Shown one piece after another: positions 33,666 to 44,416 of a stretch of DNA of 64,000 bases (positions are counted from its first letter, which is position 1; each line of letters starts with the position of its first letter). The stretch lies in IMG/VR virus record IMGVR_UViG_3300047510_001751, positions 32,001-96,000 of that record. One strand, 5' to 3'. Source of the DNA: a virus. The notes beneath the pieces are model-generated. The model was not told the origin of the DNA and searched no databases. It worked only from the letters and a program-made list of their open reading frames with translations. Position numbers and translations under genes: made by a program.

Positions 33666-34739
33666 TCACTGCTTTTTTTCGTTAATCATCTCCTGACGAA
33701 TAGCAATCATTTCATCAACTTTTTTCTTAGCAGCAAGAATTTTGCCAACTTTTTTACGACGATTTAGTAGATACTTATCTGACTTATCATGATCACCATC
33801 ATTGTCAATATCTTTATCTTCTTTACCAACAGCATCAAGTTTTTTCTCGGTTAGTTCAAACTCTTCTTTCTGAGCTTTCTTCTCAGGAAGACCTTTGTGC
33901 TTAGTAGAAGCAAACTTTTCAGCTTCTTTGCTAGTTAAAGAAGCAGCAGCCTTGTCAACTTTTTCAGAACCATCGGTCATTTCACCTTTCTTCTTAGCAT
34001 GAACCATGCCCATGAATTTTTGCTGAGACTTACTAACAGCTTTCTCAACAATATCTTGAAGAGAAACTTCTTCTTTCATTTTCTTTTCATCTGGGCTCTT
34101 GCCAAATGTCTTATGAACAAGTTTATCTAATTTGGTGTGGAATTTAGTTTCAGACTTTTTATCTGCCCCTTCCTTCTCTTCTTTCATTTCAGCTTTTTTT
34201 TCTGCTTTATCTTCTGCCTTCTCATGCTTTTCTTTAGCAGACTTGCTCATCTTCTTTTCTTTTTCTTCTTCCGCTTTGCTCTCATCTTCTTCTTTTACAC
34301 AGTTGTCAACTGTCTTACCACCTTTCTTTTTGGTTCCTGCTAGCTTATAACCTTTCCAGCAAGCTTTACCATCAAGTCCTTTTTCTTTTTCAAGAATAAT
34401 GGTTTCGCCAGTTTCTAATACTGCTTCGTAAGTTGTGCCAACCAATTCTCCTGGCATCAACTCAGCTTCTTCACGCTGAACGTTTTTAGATCTCACTGTT
34501 GTATACTCAATCTCAGCGCCGTGAGACTGTTTTGTTCCAGTTCCACCAGCAATATTGATAGCTGGATCAGCTGGAGCAGCTTTTGCTTTAGGATCTTTCT
34601 TTGAGAAATCATCCTCATTACCTTTCTTTTGTAATGAAGGGATTCCTTCTTCACCAAGATGTCTCACTGCCGACTCAATCAATGCTTTCGAAAAGTCGTC
34701 ATAATGTGCTACTTGGGTCGTTGCTCGTTGTCTTTCCAT
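33666..34739 (-). CDS. Highly charged K/E-rich protein
   Basis: CWKGYK..GTKKKGGKTVDNCV and LDAVGKEDKDIDNDGD motifs. Confidence 0.75.
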   Translation of the reverse strand: MERQRATTQVAHYDDFSKALIESAVRHLGEEGIPSLQKKGNEDDFSKKDPKAKAAPADPAINIAGGTGTKQSHGAEIEYTTVRSKNVQREEAELMPGELVGTTYEAVLETGETIILEKEKGLDGKACWKGYKLAGTKKKGGKTVDNCVKEEDESKAEEEKEKKMSKSAKEKHEKAEDKAEKKAEMKEEKEGADKKSETKFHTKLDKLVHKTFGKSPDEKKMKEEVSLQDIVEKAVSKSQQKFMGMVHAKKKGEMTDGSEKVDKAAASLTSKEAEKFASTKHKGLPEKKAQKEEFELTEKKLDAVGKEDKDIDNDGDHDKSDKYLLNRRKKVGKILAAKKKVDEMIAIRQEMINEKKQ

Positions 34740-34775
34740 CTGTAAAGCGTTATAATTTCCTTGTATTATTTATGT

Positions 34776-34988
34776 TTAGGAAATATTTACTTCACGAATA
34801 TCTTTAACCCAAGCACGGAACATTTGATTATCTTCCGTAACAGCAATCACATAGTTAACACCTGGACGAATTATTTTGCCTTTCTGTCCAGTGTTAACAT
34901 TCATAATATAATCACCTTCCTGAAAAATTTCTTTTTGAAGATAAAACTCTTGAGTTACTTCTTGTTTTAGTTGTTTGAAACTTTTCAT
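34776..34988 (-). CDS. 70-aa SH3-like protein
   Basis: IFQEGDYIMNVNTGQKGKIIRPGVNYVIAVTED...RAWVKDI. Confidence 0.6.
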   Translation of the reverse strand: MKSFKQLKQEVTQEFYLQKEIFQEGDYIMNVNTGQKGKIIRPGVNYVIAVTEDNQMFRAWVKDIREVNIS

Positions 34989-35005
34989 TTTTGGGTTGTT
35001 TTAAA

Positions 35006-35092
35006 CGGAGGGTGGGCGAGTCGAACGCCCAAGGGCTTTAACACCTCAACTGTTTTCAAGACAGGTTCCGTCGCCAATCGGATTGACCCTCC
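35006..35092 (-). tRNA. tRNA-Ser (TGA)
   Basis: GGAGGGT acceptor, loop CT-TGA-AA, long variable arm, CGTTCGACTCG. Confidence 0.93.
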
Positions 35093-35123
35093 AGTATTAA
35101 TGGGGCATTTGCCCCAATATTAT

Positions 35124-35534
35124 TTATCGATCATCTTCTGCTCGGTGTTCCGAATAGTAGATATCGAAGTTACCACCAGGATAACGCTTCTCAAGCTTTT
35201 TCACATTACGCTCAATTACTTCATTAAAAGAAACTCCTAGAGCTTGAGTTGCTTGAGCAACATACCACATAATATCGCCCAACTCAATAATAAGATGTTC
35301 TCTATTATCGTCGTTCCAAGGTTTACCCTGGAACACCATCTTCTTAACAATCTCAAGAAACTCACCGCCTTCAGCATTAATACCAACGCCAGCAGTAAGC
35401 AGTCGTTCAATATTGGCACCTTTAGAATCAAGTTCAACAAGGCGATCAGCCAATGAACAAAAATCTTTAGAAGCATCACTGGTAACGGCATCAACGAATT
35501 CCTCGTAACGCTTAAACACAATAGTATCAGTCAT
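35124..35534 (-). CDS. mazG: MazG nucleotide pyrophosphohydrolase
   Basis: GINAEGGEF.EIVKK, ELGDIMWY, KLEKRYPGG. Confidence 0.95.
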   Translation of the reverse strand: MTDTIVFKRYEEFVDAVTSDASKDFCSLADRLVELDSKGANIERLLTAGVGINAEGGEFLEIVKKMVFQGKPWNDDNREHLIIELGDIMWYVAQATQALGVSFNEVIERNVKKLEKRYPGGNFDIYYSEHRAEDDR

Positions 35535-35537
35535 AAA

Positions 35538-36926
35538 TTAAATTACAAATTGAGAAAATTTATTAGTACGTTTTTGTTTAAAAGATGTATCTTCTAAAGG
35601 CTCAAAGGATTCTTCTTCCGCTTCAGAAACAAGATCTCCGTCTGAGTCCTCTACATTATACAACTTCATCTTCGCTCTGTCAATACCCACGGTAAACTTA
35701 CGATAGTAGGTGGGGTCGTTGTATCGGTTCTTGAGTTGCTTAACCATGAGCCTACCAGATTGTTCAAGCTCTTCAGTGCTAATAAGAGCAAACATAAAAT
35801 CAGCTGTGGCAGGAAGACCAAAGGATTCAGAAGTGTCGGTGAGATCAATGTCACTATTCCCAAAACCAGAACGAGTGGTCTGAGTTGCTGTGACAAGTGG
35901 TACGTCATTTTCAACAGCCAAACCCCTAAGCTCCTCAGCAATAGCTTTAACATATGTGTAAGAGTTTACGATATGTCCTTTATATCTAGCAGAGGCACAG
36001 ATATTAAGGTAATCAATAAAGATAATGTCTGGACGAAAATCTTTCTTGAGTGACAAATCGCTAAGCAATGCTTTGAAATGTCCAGCGTGAGCAGATGCTG
36101 TAGGGTATTCTTTAATAATAAGTTTGCCTTGTGTCTTTCTACCGATCTCCTGAACTCTAGAAGTAAAGATAGATTCGGGAAGTGCTCCAATATCTTTAAT
36201 GTTTACATTTAAGAGATTAGCGTCAATCCTTTCAGCAATCTTTTCCTCTGCCATTTCAAGAGTGATGTATAGCACATTCTTCCCCTGGGAAAGGCAAGCA
36301 GCAGCAACATGACACATAAACAAAGATTTACCAACACCAGTTCCAGCAAGAGCAACGTTAAGTGTTTTATTTGGTAGACCACCTTTGGTGATAAGATTAA
36401 ACTTCTCCAAATCGAAAGCAATTTTAGCTTCGTCTTTGTGGTAGTAATCATATCTTTGTTCGGCATTGTCTACGTAATCGTGTCCGATGTATTCATCAAA
36501 CGATACTGCCAAGGCTTCTTGAAGGATGGACGGGATAGCATCTCTTGATAACTTTTGATCTCCCCCGTCAGCAATTTTGATTGAAGCGAGTAGGGCGTTG
36601 TATATGGCCCTATCTTTACACCACTTTTCCGTGGAGTTGATGAGCCAATCTTTGTCAACCCACTCTTCACTGTATCCGTTGATCTTCGTAACGCTTTCTT
36701 TATAAGTGTCTTCAGTGAGATCATTTCTATTCTGTAAGTTAATAATTACAACTTCCTTGGTAGGAATTTTATCATACTTAGTAGAGAAATCTTGAATCTC
36801 TTCAAAGATAACTCTTTCATCAATTTCCTGAAAATAATCTGCCTTGAGGAAGGGCACTACCTTTCGGTAATACTCTTCATTACAAAGCAGATTACGTAAT
36901 ATAGATTGTTCAATCTTCTCCGTCAT
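35538..36926 (-). CDS. gp41: Replicative helicase
   Basis: [42 protein letters not shown]. Confidence 0.97.
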   Translation of the reverse strand: MTEKIEQSILRNLLCNEEYYRKVVPFLKADYFQEIDERVIFEEIQDFSTKYDKIPTKEVVIINLQNRNDLTEDTYKESVTKINGYSEEWVDKDWLINSTEKWCKDRAIYNALLASIKIADGGDQKLSRDAIPSILQEALAVSFDEYIGHDYVDNAEQRYDYYHKDEAKIAFDLEKFNLITKGGLPNKTLNVALAGTGVGKSLFMCHVAAACLSQGKNVLYITLEMAEEKIAERIDANLLNVNIKDIGALPESIFTSRVQEIGRKTQGKLIIKEYPTASAHAGHFKALLSDLSLKKDFRPDIIFIDYLNICASARYKGHIVNSYTYVKAIAEELRGLAVENDVPLVTATQTTRSGFGNSDIDLTDTSESFGLPATADFMFALISTEELEQSGRLMVKQLKNRYNDPTYYRKFTVGIDRAKMKLYNVEDSDGDLVSEAEEESFEPLEDTSFKQKRTNKFSQFVI

Positions 36927-37941
36927 CGCTTACCCCATAAAGAAATTCTACTGATGCCTGTTCCTCAAGCTTAGCCATTACTTCCTCAGTAAAATACAGC
37001 TCAGGATTTCGTAAAATTTCTTTACCGTAAACTTTTTTTCCATTGACTTCATAACGACCAGCTGAGTTCTTCCATATACTAGCACGTTCTCCGAGTTCTA
37101 GCAACCCGTAATGACGCTCCAAGCCACGCTCATCAAAGAACAGGCGAGTCTCGACCTTTGATCCTTCACGGGTCAGACGGGACTTCTTCGCCTCACATTT
37201 AATAATGTTTCCGATGAGATCGGTTCCGTCTTTTTCTTTTTTCTTTGAGAGATAAATGATTGTGCTAGCAGAATACTTAAGACCACTACCACCGCCCATT
37301 TCTTTCGTAGGAACGTAAGCGCCAACAACGTCATAGGTATGATTAGTAACGAGCATAGGGATGTTTGCTTTGCCAAGTTTCAGTGTAAGAATTCTAAACA
37401 CTGATTTGGTAAGCTGTGCCTTGGTCATGTCACGAACATTTTTGTCGTTGGAAGCATCCTCGACTTCTTTGTTGGTGGCAAGCATTCCAAGGGAATCAAG
37501 AACAAACATGAGGGGCTTACGCTCCTCTTTAGGTTGCTCCATGTATTTATCAATGATCCTAACGGCCTGGGTTCTAAACTCTTCGATTGTATCCACTGGG
37601 AAAATAACCATTCGCTTAGAATCGATCCCTCTGCTTTCGATCATCTGCTTACTAATGGCAGACTCAGTTTCAAAGTAAATAACACCAGCATCAGGATTAA
37701 TATCGAGGAAATTACGAACGACACTAAGACAAAAGAAAGTCTTGCCTGTGCCTGATTCTCCAGCGATAGCTGTGATTTTATTTGAGGGAATGCCCCCAAA
37801 CAAAGATCCAGAAACCAAGGCATTAAACACGTAGCTACCAGTGTCAACAAAAGATTCAACGTCGCCAGCAGCAATGCCATCAGAAACAAGAGCGGCGTAT
37901 TCATTTTTACTATCTTTAATTACCTGTTGTAAAAAATCCAT
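36910..37941 (-). CDS. uvsX: RecA-like recombinase
   Basis: [28 protein letters not shown]. Confidence 0.96.
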   Translation of the reverse strand: MDFLQQVIKDSKNEYAALVSDGIAAGDVESFVDTGSYVFNALVSGSLFGGIPSNKITAIAGESGTGKTFFCLSVVRNFLDINPDAGVIYFETESAISKQMIESRGIDSKRMVIFPVDTIEEFRTQAVRIIDKYMEQPKEERKPLMFVLDSLGMLATNKEVEDASNDKNVRDMTKAQLTKSVFRILTLKLGKANIPMLVTNHTYDVVGAYVPTKEMGGGSGLKYSASTIIYLSKKKEKDGTDLIGNIIKCEAKKSRLTREGSKVETRLFFDERGLERHYGLLELGERASIWKNSAGRYEVNGKKVYGKEILRNPELYFTEEVMAKLEEQASVEFLYGVSDDGED

Positions 37942-37948
37942 AAAACTC

Positions 37949-40444
37949 CTAATTAAAAAAACTCATGAGCGAAATTTTTCGCTCGGCATTCCATCCGATA
38001 CATTCTAGCACATTTTTAAGAGGATCGTAAAATGACTTCTCAAATTGTGTTCTATAGTCCACATACTTATCCAAATTAAATTCTTCGGGCAATTTGCCAA
38101 AAAATGAAATCACATTTTCTTGGATGGGGTTTGGCATCTTGAGGTAGAGAAACTTGATCTTCTCTCCTTCCTGGATAAGAGGGTACTTGTGAGTAAGATC
38201 ATTACTTCGTACATAGTGATTATACAGTAATGCACCTCTGACCTGAATAGGCGTCCTCTCTCTATAAATCGATCCTTTAGATCCATATTTTTGTAATCCA
38301 TTACAACCTCGTGGAAAAGCAATATCGAGATAATTTTGTTTTCGAGTATCCTCTTTTATCTGCTCAATGAAATCAATAAGATCTTCATTAGTTTGATTAA
38401 TAATAATTGTGTAAGCTTTGTACAACTTGTCTCGAAAGTATGCTGGGGTAGATGATCTAGCAGTTTCCATACCACAGATTTTCATCTTTGGTTCTTTGTA
38501 TCGAACACCTTCACTATCCCATACGTTAAGAACATAACGTTTCTTGGCAGTCCAGAATCCACGATTAGCAATATTTTCTCGTTTCATTACCATTTTTTGA
38601 TCGTATGCTCTCACATAGTCCGCCAGTTCTTGGTAAGAATTTTCAATATACTTTTCAAGTTCCATCGAACAGATCTTATCAAGGAACGAGACAATGCCTT
38701 CATTAGTTTTCTCTCTTCCTTGGTATACACGATCAACCAAAGGACCCAGATTAAGGTACATAGAATCAGTATCACAAGCAATGACATAATCAACATTCTT
38801 AGTTTTTAGAACTTTATTAAGATACTGATTCATTTTTTGCTCAATCCATCGGATAGAAAGTTGACCCGACATTGTAATAGCTTCAGCAATCTCAAGTTTG
38901 TAATAACGAAAATGCTCGTTACCGATAGCACCATAAGCAGAGTTAAGTTGAATCTTACGTGCCATCTGAATATTATTACAGCGGGCAATCTCTTTCTTCA
39001 ATTCAACCGTTGGATTGTTTTCATACTCTTGCTTGGCAGCCAGCATTTTCTTTTTGTAAATAGTACGTTCCTCATAGATTTTTTCCATGAGTTTTGGCAG
39101 GAATCCTTGATACTCAGTTGTATAAAAAGTGCCATTAGCACAGAGAGTTTTTCCTGACAAGTCACTCAGATCAATCTCCTGGTTCAAAAGTCTATCTACG
39201 TTGGCATGGGGATGTCTTTCACTCAGAAGTGTTTCGGGCGAAAGATTATATTGCATAATTAAATGAGGATACAGACTGTTAAGGTCAAAGTTTACAACCC
39301 AGTCATACATTCCAGGTATGGGTTCTTTCACAAAAGCGCCAGCATACTTATTATCTTTACTGCTTTCTTTTTTGGGAGGAATAGTAATTTTTTGTTTAGC
39401 CAAGTATACGTATATGATGTTATCCCACATCCGAACCTGAGAATATACATCCTCAAAATTTACCTTGGCATCATATGCCATAGTAAAAGCAAGTTCAAGT
39501 AGTTTCATTTTATCGTCTAGTTTATCAACGAGTCGAACGTCAATGATGTTATACTTGACAAACTTATCCCAATCTTTAGTATAGAACTCTTTAAAAGTAT
39601 CAAACTCAGAGTGGTCAAGTTTTTTCTGATCAAGTTCCACAAAAGCAATATGATCGAGACGGTATGATTCCTGGTTAGTATAAGTAAATTTCTTATAGAG
39701 TTCCAAGTAATCAAGAGTAGCAATCCCCATGAGATCGTAAGCAAAATTCTTACGACCTTTAATAAAGATCTCTCGTGACATAGTATTCTTCCATGGAGAA
39801 AGAAGACGAGCTTCTGCTTCTCCAATCATTCGTTCAATACGACGATAAATGTATGGGATATCAAACAGTTGAACGTTCCATCCAGTAATTACATCTGGAT
39901 AGTTTTCCATCCACCAATGAAGAAATCCCTTTAGCAATCCAACTTCAGAATCAAAGTGAAGATAATTAACTTCCTTATCTTCATTTACATATGGGCGGGA
40001 TCCAAATACAGTAATCCTGCCCATGTCACTATCTTTAATACTGATCAAAAGAATCTCTTGGTCAGCAGATTCGATATCAGGAAATCCATTCTCGGCACCA
40101 GTTTCAATGTCCAAAGTAAAGACACGAATTTTACTGGTGTCGTATTTCATTTCATCTTCAGGATACTCCTCAAAGATGTATTGGTTTAGAAAACGTGTTT
40201 GACCATAGATTTTAAAATCATCAATATCTTTATGATCCTCAATAAATTGTTTGGCATCACGAATGCTACCCTGTTTAACAGGACGAACATTTTTACCATC
40301 TAGTGTTTTCCATTCTTCCTGTTTAGCGGAAGGCAAATATAGTGTTGGATTAAATTGTACTTTGTCTTGAAATTTTTTACCATTTTCATAACCACGAACG
40401 AGAATAGAATTTCCCGATTGTTCAACACTGGTGTAAAATTTCAT
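37949..40444 (-). CDS. gp43: Family B DNA polymerase
   Basis: [27 protein letters not shown]; uninterrupted. Confidence 0.99.
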   Translation of the reverse strand: MKFYTSVEQSGNSILVRGYENGKKFQDKVQFNPTLYLPSAKQEEWKTLDGKNVRPVKQGSIRDAKQFIEDHKDIDDFKIYGQTRFLNQYIFEEYPEDEMKYDTSKIRVFTLDIETGAENGFPDIESADQEILLISIKDSDMGRITVFGSRPYVNEDKEVNYLHFDSEVGLLKGFLHWWMENYPDVITGWNVQLFDIPYIYRRIERMIGEAEARLLSPWKNTMSREIFIKGRKNFAYDLMGIATLDYLELYKKFTYTNQESYRLDHIAFVELDQKKLDHSEFDTFKEFYTKDWDKFVKYNIIDVRLVDKLDDKMKLLELAFTMAYDAKVNFEDVYSQVRMWDNIIYVYLAKQKITIPPKKESSKDNKYAGAFVKEPIPGMYDWVVNFDLNSLYPHLIMQYNLSPETLLSERHPHANVDRLLNQEIDLSDLSGKTLCANGTFYTTEYQGFLPKLMEKIYEERTIYKKKMLAAKQEYENNPTVELKKEIARCNNIQMARKIQLNSAYGAIGNEHFRYYKLEIAEAITMSGQLSIRWIEQKMNQYLNKVLKTKNVDYVIACDTDSMYLNLGPLVDRVYQGREKTNEGIVSFLDKICSMELEKYIENSYQELADYVRAYDQKMVMKRENIANRGFWTAKKRYVLNVWDSEGVRYKEPKMKICGMETARSSTPAYFRDKLYKAYTIIINQTNEDLIDFIEQIKEDTRKQNYLDIAFPRGCNGLQKYGSKGSIYRERTPIQVRGALLYNHYVRSNDLTHKYPLIQEGEKIKFLYLKMPNPIQENVISFFGKLPEEFNLDKYVDYRTQFEKSFYDPLKNVLECIGWNAERKISLMSFFN

Positions 40445-40728
40445 TCTTCAGATTCTTCAACAGTAGGTACAGGTTTTTCAATGTCAACCGAAGCACGGTA
40501 TTGATTGTATAGAAAATCTGATGGATCAGCAATCAAACTGATTTCAGATGATCTCACAATAAACTCACGGTCTCTGGCGTGGAGAGGGAAGGCACCCAAA
40601 CAGGTGCCGTCAACTTCATACGGGTATCTTAGCACACAATCAGGATCTCCGAACTCCACATCAGGAATTTCTTCAACTTCCGAAACAATCCAGACACCAG
40701 CAAATCTAATCAATTTAATATCATTCAT
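40441..40728 (-). CDS. Hypothetical protein (Sm-like family)
   Basis: Short beta-rich ORF, C.L..PY motif. Confidence 0.65.
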   Translation of the reverse strand: MNDIKLIRFAGVWIVSEVEEIPDVEFGDPDCVLRYPYEVDGTCLGAFPLHARDREFIVRSSEISLIADPSDFLYNQYRASVDIEKPVPTVEESEE

Positions 40729-41134
40729 TTGGCATCACTTCTGGATTAATAACTTTTTCAATTTCTTCTTGCTGAAGTTTAGCATTTTCAGTTTGTTCAA
40801 GTATTTTTTCTACTTGTTCAACTTTTGCTTGATATGCCATAGCTAGTCCAGGATCTGGTTGACCAATAGCAAGAATTCCGTCATAAGGAATTCTAAATTG
40901 AACATCGGTAGAATAAGGACACCACTTACTAAATTTAACTTGTAAATCTTGTTCAGGATTTTCTATGTTACCTACTTCAATAAGTTTTAATTCATAAGGA
41001 TGATTCATTACTAAGCAAATTCCTTTTCGATTTTCGCCTTCACCTTCAAAAACTTCTTGAAGAAAAGTAATTAATTTTTCTCCTGTTTTTAAAATTGCAA
41101 TAGATGGAGTATTATTCATTTTAAGATTCCTCAT
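40721..41134 (-). CDS. Hypothetical protein (Sm-like family)
   Basis: ILKTGEKLI, MNHPY, KWCPYS...FRIPYD. Confidence 0.7.
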   Translation of the reverse strand: MRNLKMNNTPSIAILKTGEKLITFLQEVFEGEGENRKGICLVMNHPYELKLIEVGNIENPEQDLQVKFSKWCPYSTDVQFRIPYDGILAIGQPDPGLAMAYQAKVEQVEKILEQTENAKLQQEEIEKVINPEVMPNE

Positions 41135-41474
41135 TAAACATTTCAGGGTTGTTAATTATACTGTAATATGGTTCTACAGTTTCAATATATTTTTCCAGTA
41201 TTTGATCTTTTGGTTCTCCTATAGTCACAACGTAATCAAAGGGAACTCTAAATTGTAAATTTTTAGAAAACGGGGACCATTGTTGAAAAATAATTTTTAC
41301 TTCGTTATCGTCTACAGTATCTTTTGGGTATGTGTAAGAGATTACCATAGGAACTTCAAATAAGAAACACAATGGTTCATCCGTTTCTTCGACCATTAAT
41401 TCTGTCAATTTACAAATGATATGCTGCTTATTTTTCAGCATAACAATTTTAATGTTTTCCATAAGCACAGCCAT
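41121..41474 (-). CDS. Hypothetical protein (Sm-like family)
   Basis: MLKNKQHII, QWSPFS...FRVPFD; TTGACC-17-TATAAT upstream. Confidence 0.7.
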   Translation of the reverse strand: MAVLMENIKIVMLKNKQHIICKLTELMVEETDEPLCFLFEVPMVISYTYPKDTVDDNEVKIIFQQWSPFSKNLQFRVPFDYVVTIGEPKDQILEKYIETVEPYYSIINNPEMFNEES

Positions 41475-41557
41475 GATTTTTCAATTATACCATAAAAAGA
41501 AATGGGGGTCAAGGTTGGATTTTGCCAACCAGACCCCAGCGCCGACGATATTCGATA

Positions 41558-42052
41558 CTATTTATTAATCATATTTTCGCCAGGAAAATTAGAATTTCTA
41601 TCTTCTGTTAAAAATTGTGGGGTAGGAATATTTTTAATTCCTTCGATTGTATAAACTGTTTTCTTTTGATGCTCTGGCACAATTTTTTCTAATGAAATTG
41701 TTAACAGACCATCTTGAAATTCTACAGAGGATACTCGTACATCATCCGAGAGTTGCCAGGAATTATTGAAGGAACGTTTGGAGAGACCTTTGTGTAGGTA
41801 GATTCGTTCAGTATCTCGTTTTTCAACTTTTGAGGTAACTCGGAGAATGTTCTGTTCTGTAGAGACCTCGATCTCATCTGCTTTAAATCCAGCAAGAGCG
41901 ATTTCAATTTCGTAGTTATGGGCATCGTGTTTGATTAAATTGTAGGGTGGATAACTGGTGTTATGTCCAGACATTGCCTCTAGACGATTGAATACGTCGT
42001 CTAGACCTACTGAAAATGGGGAATAGATATCCCAAGTATATTTAGTTGCCAT
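41558..42052 (-). CDS. hsp20: Small heat-shock protein
   Basis: SYPPYNL, EIALAGF, HKGLSKRSF, FQDGLLTI; start after AAGGAG. Confidence 0.95.
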   Translation of the reverse strand: MATKYTWDIYSPFSVGLDDVFNRLEAMSGHNTSYPPYNLIKHDAHNYEIEIALAGFKADEIEVSTEQNILRVTSKVEKRDTERIYLHKGLSKRSFNNSWQLSDDVRVSSVEFQDGLLTISLEKIVPEHQKKTVYTIEGIKNIPTPQFLTEDRNSNFPGENMINK

Positions 42053-42156
42053 GTGTTTCTCCTTAAGTAAGCGAGTTTTATTTGAACCCCATGTGGGCAT
42101 TCATTATTAATTATAACACGAGACAAAAAAAGTGGGGTGTCGAAAACCCCACTTTA

Positions 42157-42282
42157 TTATACGGTCATTAGGATAATATATCCTTGTTTTCTATACCAAT
42201 CAAGATGACTTTTCCCCCATGGTACGGTTAACCACTTAACTTGTTTGTCAGGTGTCATCACCATAAGGGTCATCATCCTCAT
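42157..42282 (-). CDS. 41-aa hypothetical protein
   Basis: MRMMTLMVMTPDKQVKWLTVPWGKSHLDWYRKQGY..; ATGA coupled to regA; not in ORF track. Confidence 0.5.
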   Translation of the reverse strand: MRMMTLMVMTPDKQVKWLTVPWGKSHLDWYRKQGYIILMTV

Positions 42283-42701
42283 GATTCAGTTTTCTTTCTT
42301 CCAATATTGTACTTGCTTTCAAGAGTCCACTCATCCTTTTCTTTAAATGAAAGAACTTTGATTTGATTGAGAGGAGCAACATCTTCAATCTTTCCAGGTT
42401 CAACTACAGTGATGAGTCCCCAGTCAGATAAAAGTTGAATAATACGATTACGACGTTGAACATCATTCAACGAAAGGTTCGTATGCTTCCCATCAAGAGC
42501 AAATAGTTCTTTGAAATGTACAATATAATATCTACCTTGCTTGTGTAGAATATGGCAAGATTGGTAGATCTTTTTTTCTTTACGTGAAGCAACACCGATT
42601 CTCGTAAGGGTTTCACGAACTTTCAAAAAGTCGTCTGGCTCTGCCAGAGAAACCTCTACCATATCAGATTGTTGCCACTGGATTTCAATATCAGTTGTCA
42701 T
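42279..42701 (-). CDS. regA: Translational repressor RegA
   Basis: DDFLKVRETLTRIG, YQSCHILHKQGRYYIVHFKELF. Confidence 0.97.
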   Translation of the reverse strand: MTTDIEIQWQQSDMVEVSLAEPDDFLKVRETLTRIGVASRKEKKIYQSCHILHKQGRYYIVHFKELFALDGKHTNLSLNDVQRRNRIIQLLSDWGLITVVEPGKIEDVAPLNQIKVLSFKEKDEWTLESKYNIGRKKTES

Positions 42702-43084
42702 TTTGTTCCACCCTTATACAATGCTTTTTTTATAGCTTCAAGTTGATCTGTCGTAAGAATCTGTAATGCTTCGAGAGCTTTATTATGACTGTAACCATAA
42801 TACTCTTTCACCAATTCAAGATGCTCTAGAGTTTGTTTTTTAACCCAGGGACTAAATCGTTTCCTTGGTTTCAAAGTATTTATATAAAAGTCAAACTGAA
42901 GCTTCTTGTCTAGATGAGCATTCTTATTCATCTCATTAGCATACAGAATAGTATCTGTAAATGAAGACAAGCATTTGTTCACAATAAAAGGAGGATAACC
43001 TTTTACTGCTTCAGGGTCATCGTCAAGTATTTTCTTTTTTGTCTGATTGATTGAATTAAGATAATCTTTTAATTCGTACTTCAT
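42698..43084 (-). CDS. gp62: Clamp loader small subunit
   Basis: YPPFIVNKCLS, KEYYGYS..KA.EAL. Confidence 0.93.
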   Translation of the reverse strand: MKYELKDYLNSINQTKKKILDDDPEAVKGYPPFIVNKCLSSFTDTILYANEMNKNAHLDKKLQFDFYINTLKPRKRFSPWVKKQTLEHLELVKEYYGYSHNKALEALQILTTDQLEAIKKALYKGGTK

Positions 43085-43224
43085 TGAAATACAGCAGTTA
43101 CACCCATTACTTTAGCATTAGGATTACGAGCAAGAGCTACCTCACGAGCTTCTTGGTAATCTCTAGCTTCCACTTCCTCGTTAAAAACTTTACCAGCGAC
43201 ATAGAGTTGAACACGGCAGCGCAT
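43081..43224 (-). CDS. 47-aa conserved hypothetical protein
   Basis: MRCRVQLYVAGKVFNEEVEARDYQEAREVALARNPNAKVMGV; not in ORF track. Confidence 0.7.
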   Translation of the reverse strand: MRCRVQLYVAGKVFNEEVEARDYQEAREVALARNPNAKVMGVTAVFQ

Positions 43225-43226
43225 AA

Positions 43227-43472
43227 TTAAAATCCTCCTTGGGTTTCATCAATAATAGCAAGCAGAGAGATGTCGTCAAAGACCACGGGGACAGATTTGG
43301 AAGTGTCCCAATCTGGATGATGGTATTTCAAAAATTCACGAAAAGTCATTTTCATTTCTTTCTGAGTCATACCACAGTGAGCTGCCGCTGCTGGCAGATT
43401 CATTGTGGAACGAAACAATCCCCAGTTTGCTTCAGCAACATTTTCTGGTGTGGTTTTCACTTTCAAATTCAT
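43227..43472 (-). CDS. Hypothetical protein (HTH-like)
   Basis: MNLPAAAAHCGMTQKEMKMTF. Confidence 0.7.
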   Translation of the reverse strand: MNLKVKTTPENVAEANWGLFRSTMNLPAAAAHCGMTQKEMKMTFREFLKYHHPDWDTSKSVPVVFDDISLLAIIDETQGGF

Positions 43473-44416
43473 TTGAATTCACATCCCATCATAATTTCAG
43501 TAAGACATGCCAGAAGATTAATCTCTTGATCAGCAACCACAGTAATGTCTTTCATGTATTTGGCGATAATCAATACAGCTTCGGGAATATAAGGACCTTT
43601 GAGAGTGTCGTAAAGACAGTCATAAAGTTTCCTCATTACAATAGCTGGATCATTATCAACATTATCCACCACCCATTTTTTTACAGTAGTGAACTCTTTA
43701 TTTTTCAACGATTTGATAAGATCATCCAGATTAATGTCGGCAATGTCAACAAGAATAGAAGAATCAATCCGTCCGTTGGCACTGTGTCTCTGTGTTTCAT
43801 TAATGAGTCTCCTCCAATCTGGATAATACCTCTTAATCAGTTTGATTAGAACTTTATCTTGATACTCAATTTGATTATCATCAAGAATATTTTTTAGTCG
43901 AACATAGAACTTTGCTTGTAACTTATCTTCTTCTGATTTCTTGATCTTGAAATCAACTACAGTACAACGAGAGTGTAGAGGTTCAATGATCTTGTTGGGA
44001 AAGTTACAAGTAAAGATGAATCGACAGTTGGTGTGGAACTCTTCCACGGCGGTCCTAAGCGAGAGCTGAACGTCCTGTGTGGTGTTGTCTGCCTCGTCAA
44101 TAATGACGACCTTGTGGGCGGCACCAGAGGTCAATGAGACAGTTGTGGCGAATTGCCTGACCTTGTTTCGAACCGTATCCAGGAAGCGTCCTTCGTCAGA
44201 ACCATTGATCACAATATAAGAAGCATCAATCTCATCACAGATTGCTTTAGCAACAGTGGTTTTGCCAATGCCAGCAGAACCACAAAAAAGGAGATTTGGG
44301 ATCTCCTTCTGTTCGATAAAGCCTTTCAGTGAATCTTTAATGTTTACTGGAAGAATACAATCCTCAATAGTATGAGGACGATATTCTTCGACCCACAAAA
44401 ATTTTTTATTCATCAA
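43469..44416 (-). CDS. gp44: Clamp loader large subunit
   Basis: WVEEYRP, GSAGIGKTT, IIDEAD, PLHSRC. Confidence 0.97.
   Translation of the reverse strand: MMNKKFLWVEEYRPHTIEDCILPVNIKDSLKGFIEQKEIPNLLFCGSAGIGKTTVAKAICDEIDASYIVINGSDEGRFLDTVRNKVRQFATTVSLTSGAAHKVVIIDEADNTTQDVQLSLRTAVEEFHTNCRFIFTCNFPNKIIEPLHSRCTVVDFKIKKSEEDKLQAKFYVRLKNILDDNQIEYQDKVLIKLIKRYYPDWRRLINETQRHSANGRIDSSILVDIADINLDDLIKSLKNKEFTTVKKWVVDNVDNDPAIVMRKLYDCLYDTLKGPYIPEAVLIIAKYMKDITVVADQEINLLACLTEIMMGCEFK

Noticed and set aside
26209-40444. Introns or inteins in nrdA, nrdB, gp41, uvsX, gp43
   Set aside because: Lengths are ordinary, motifs are contiguous, and there is no splice-junction or homing-endonuclease signature.
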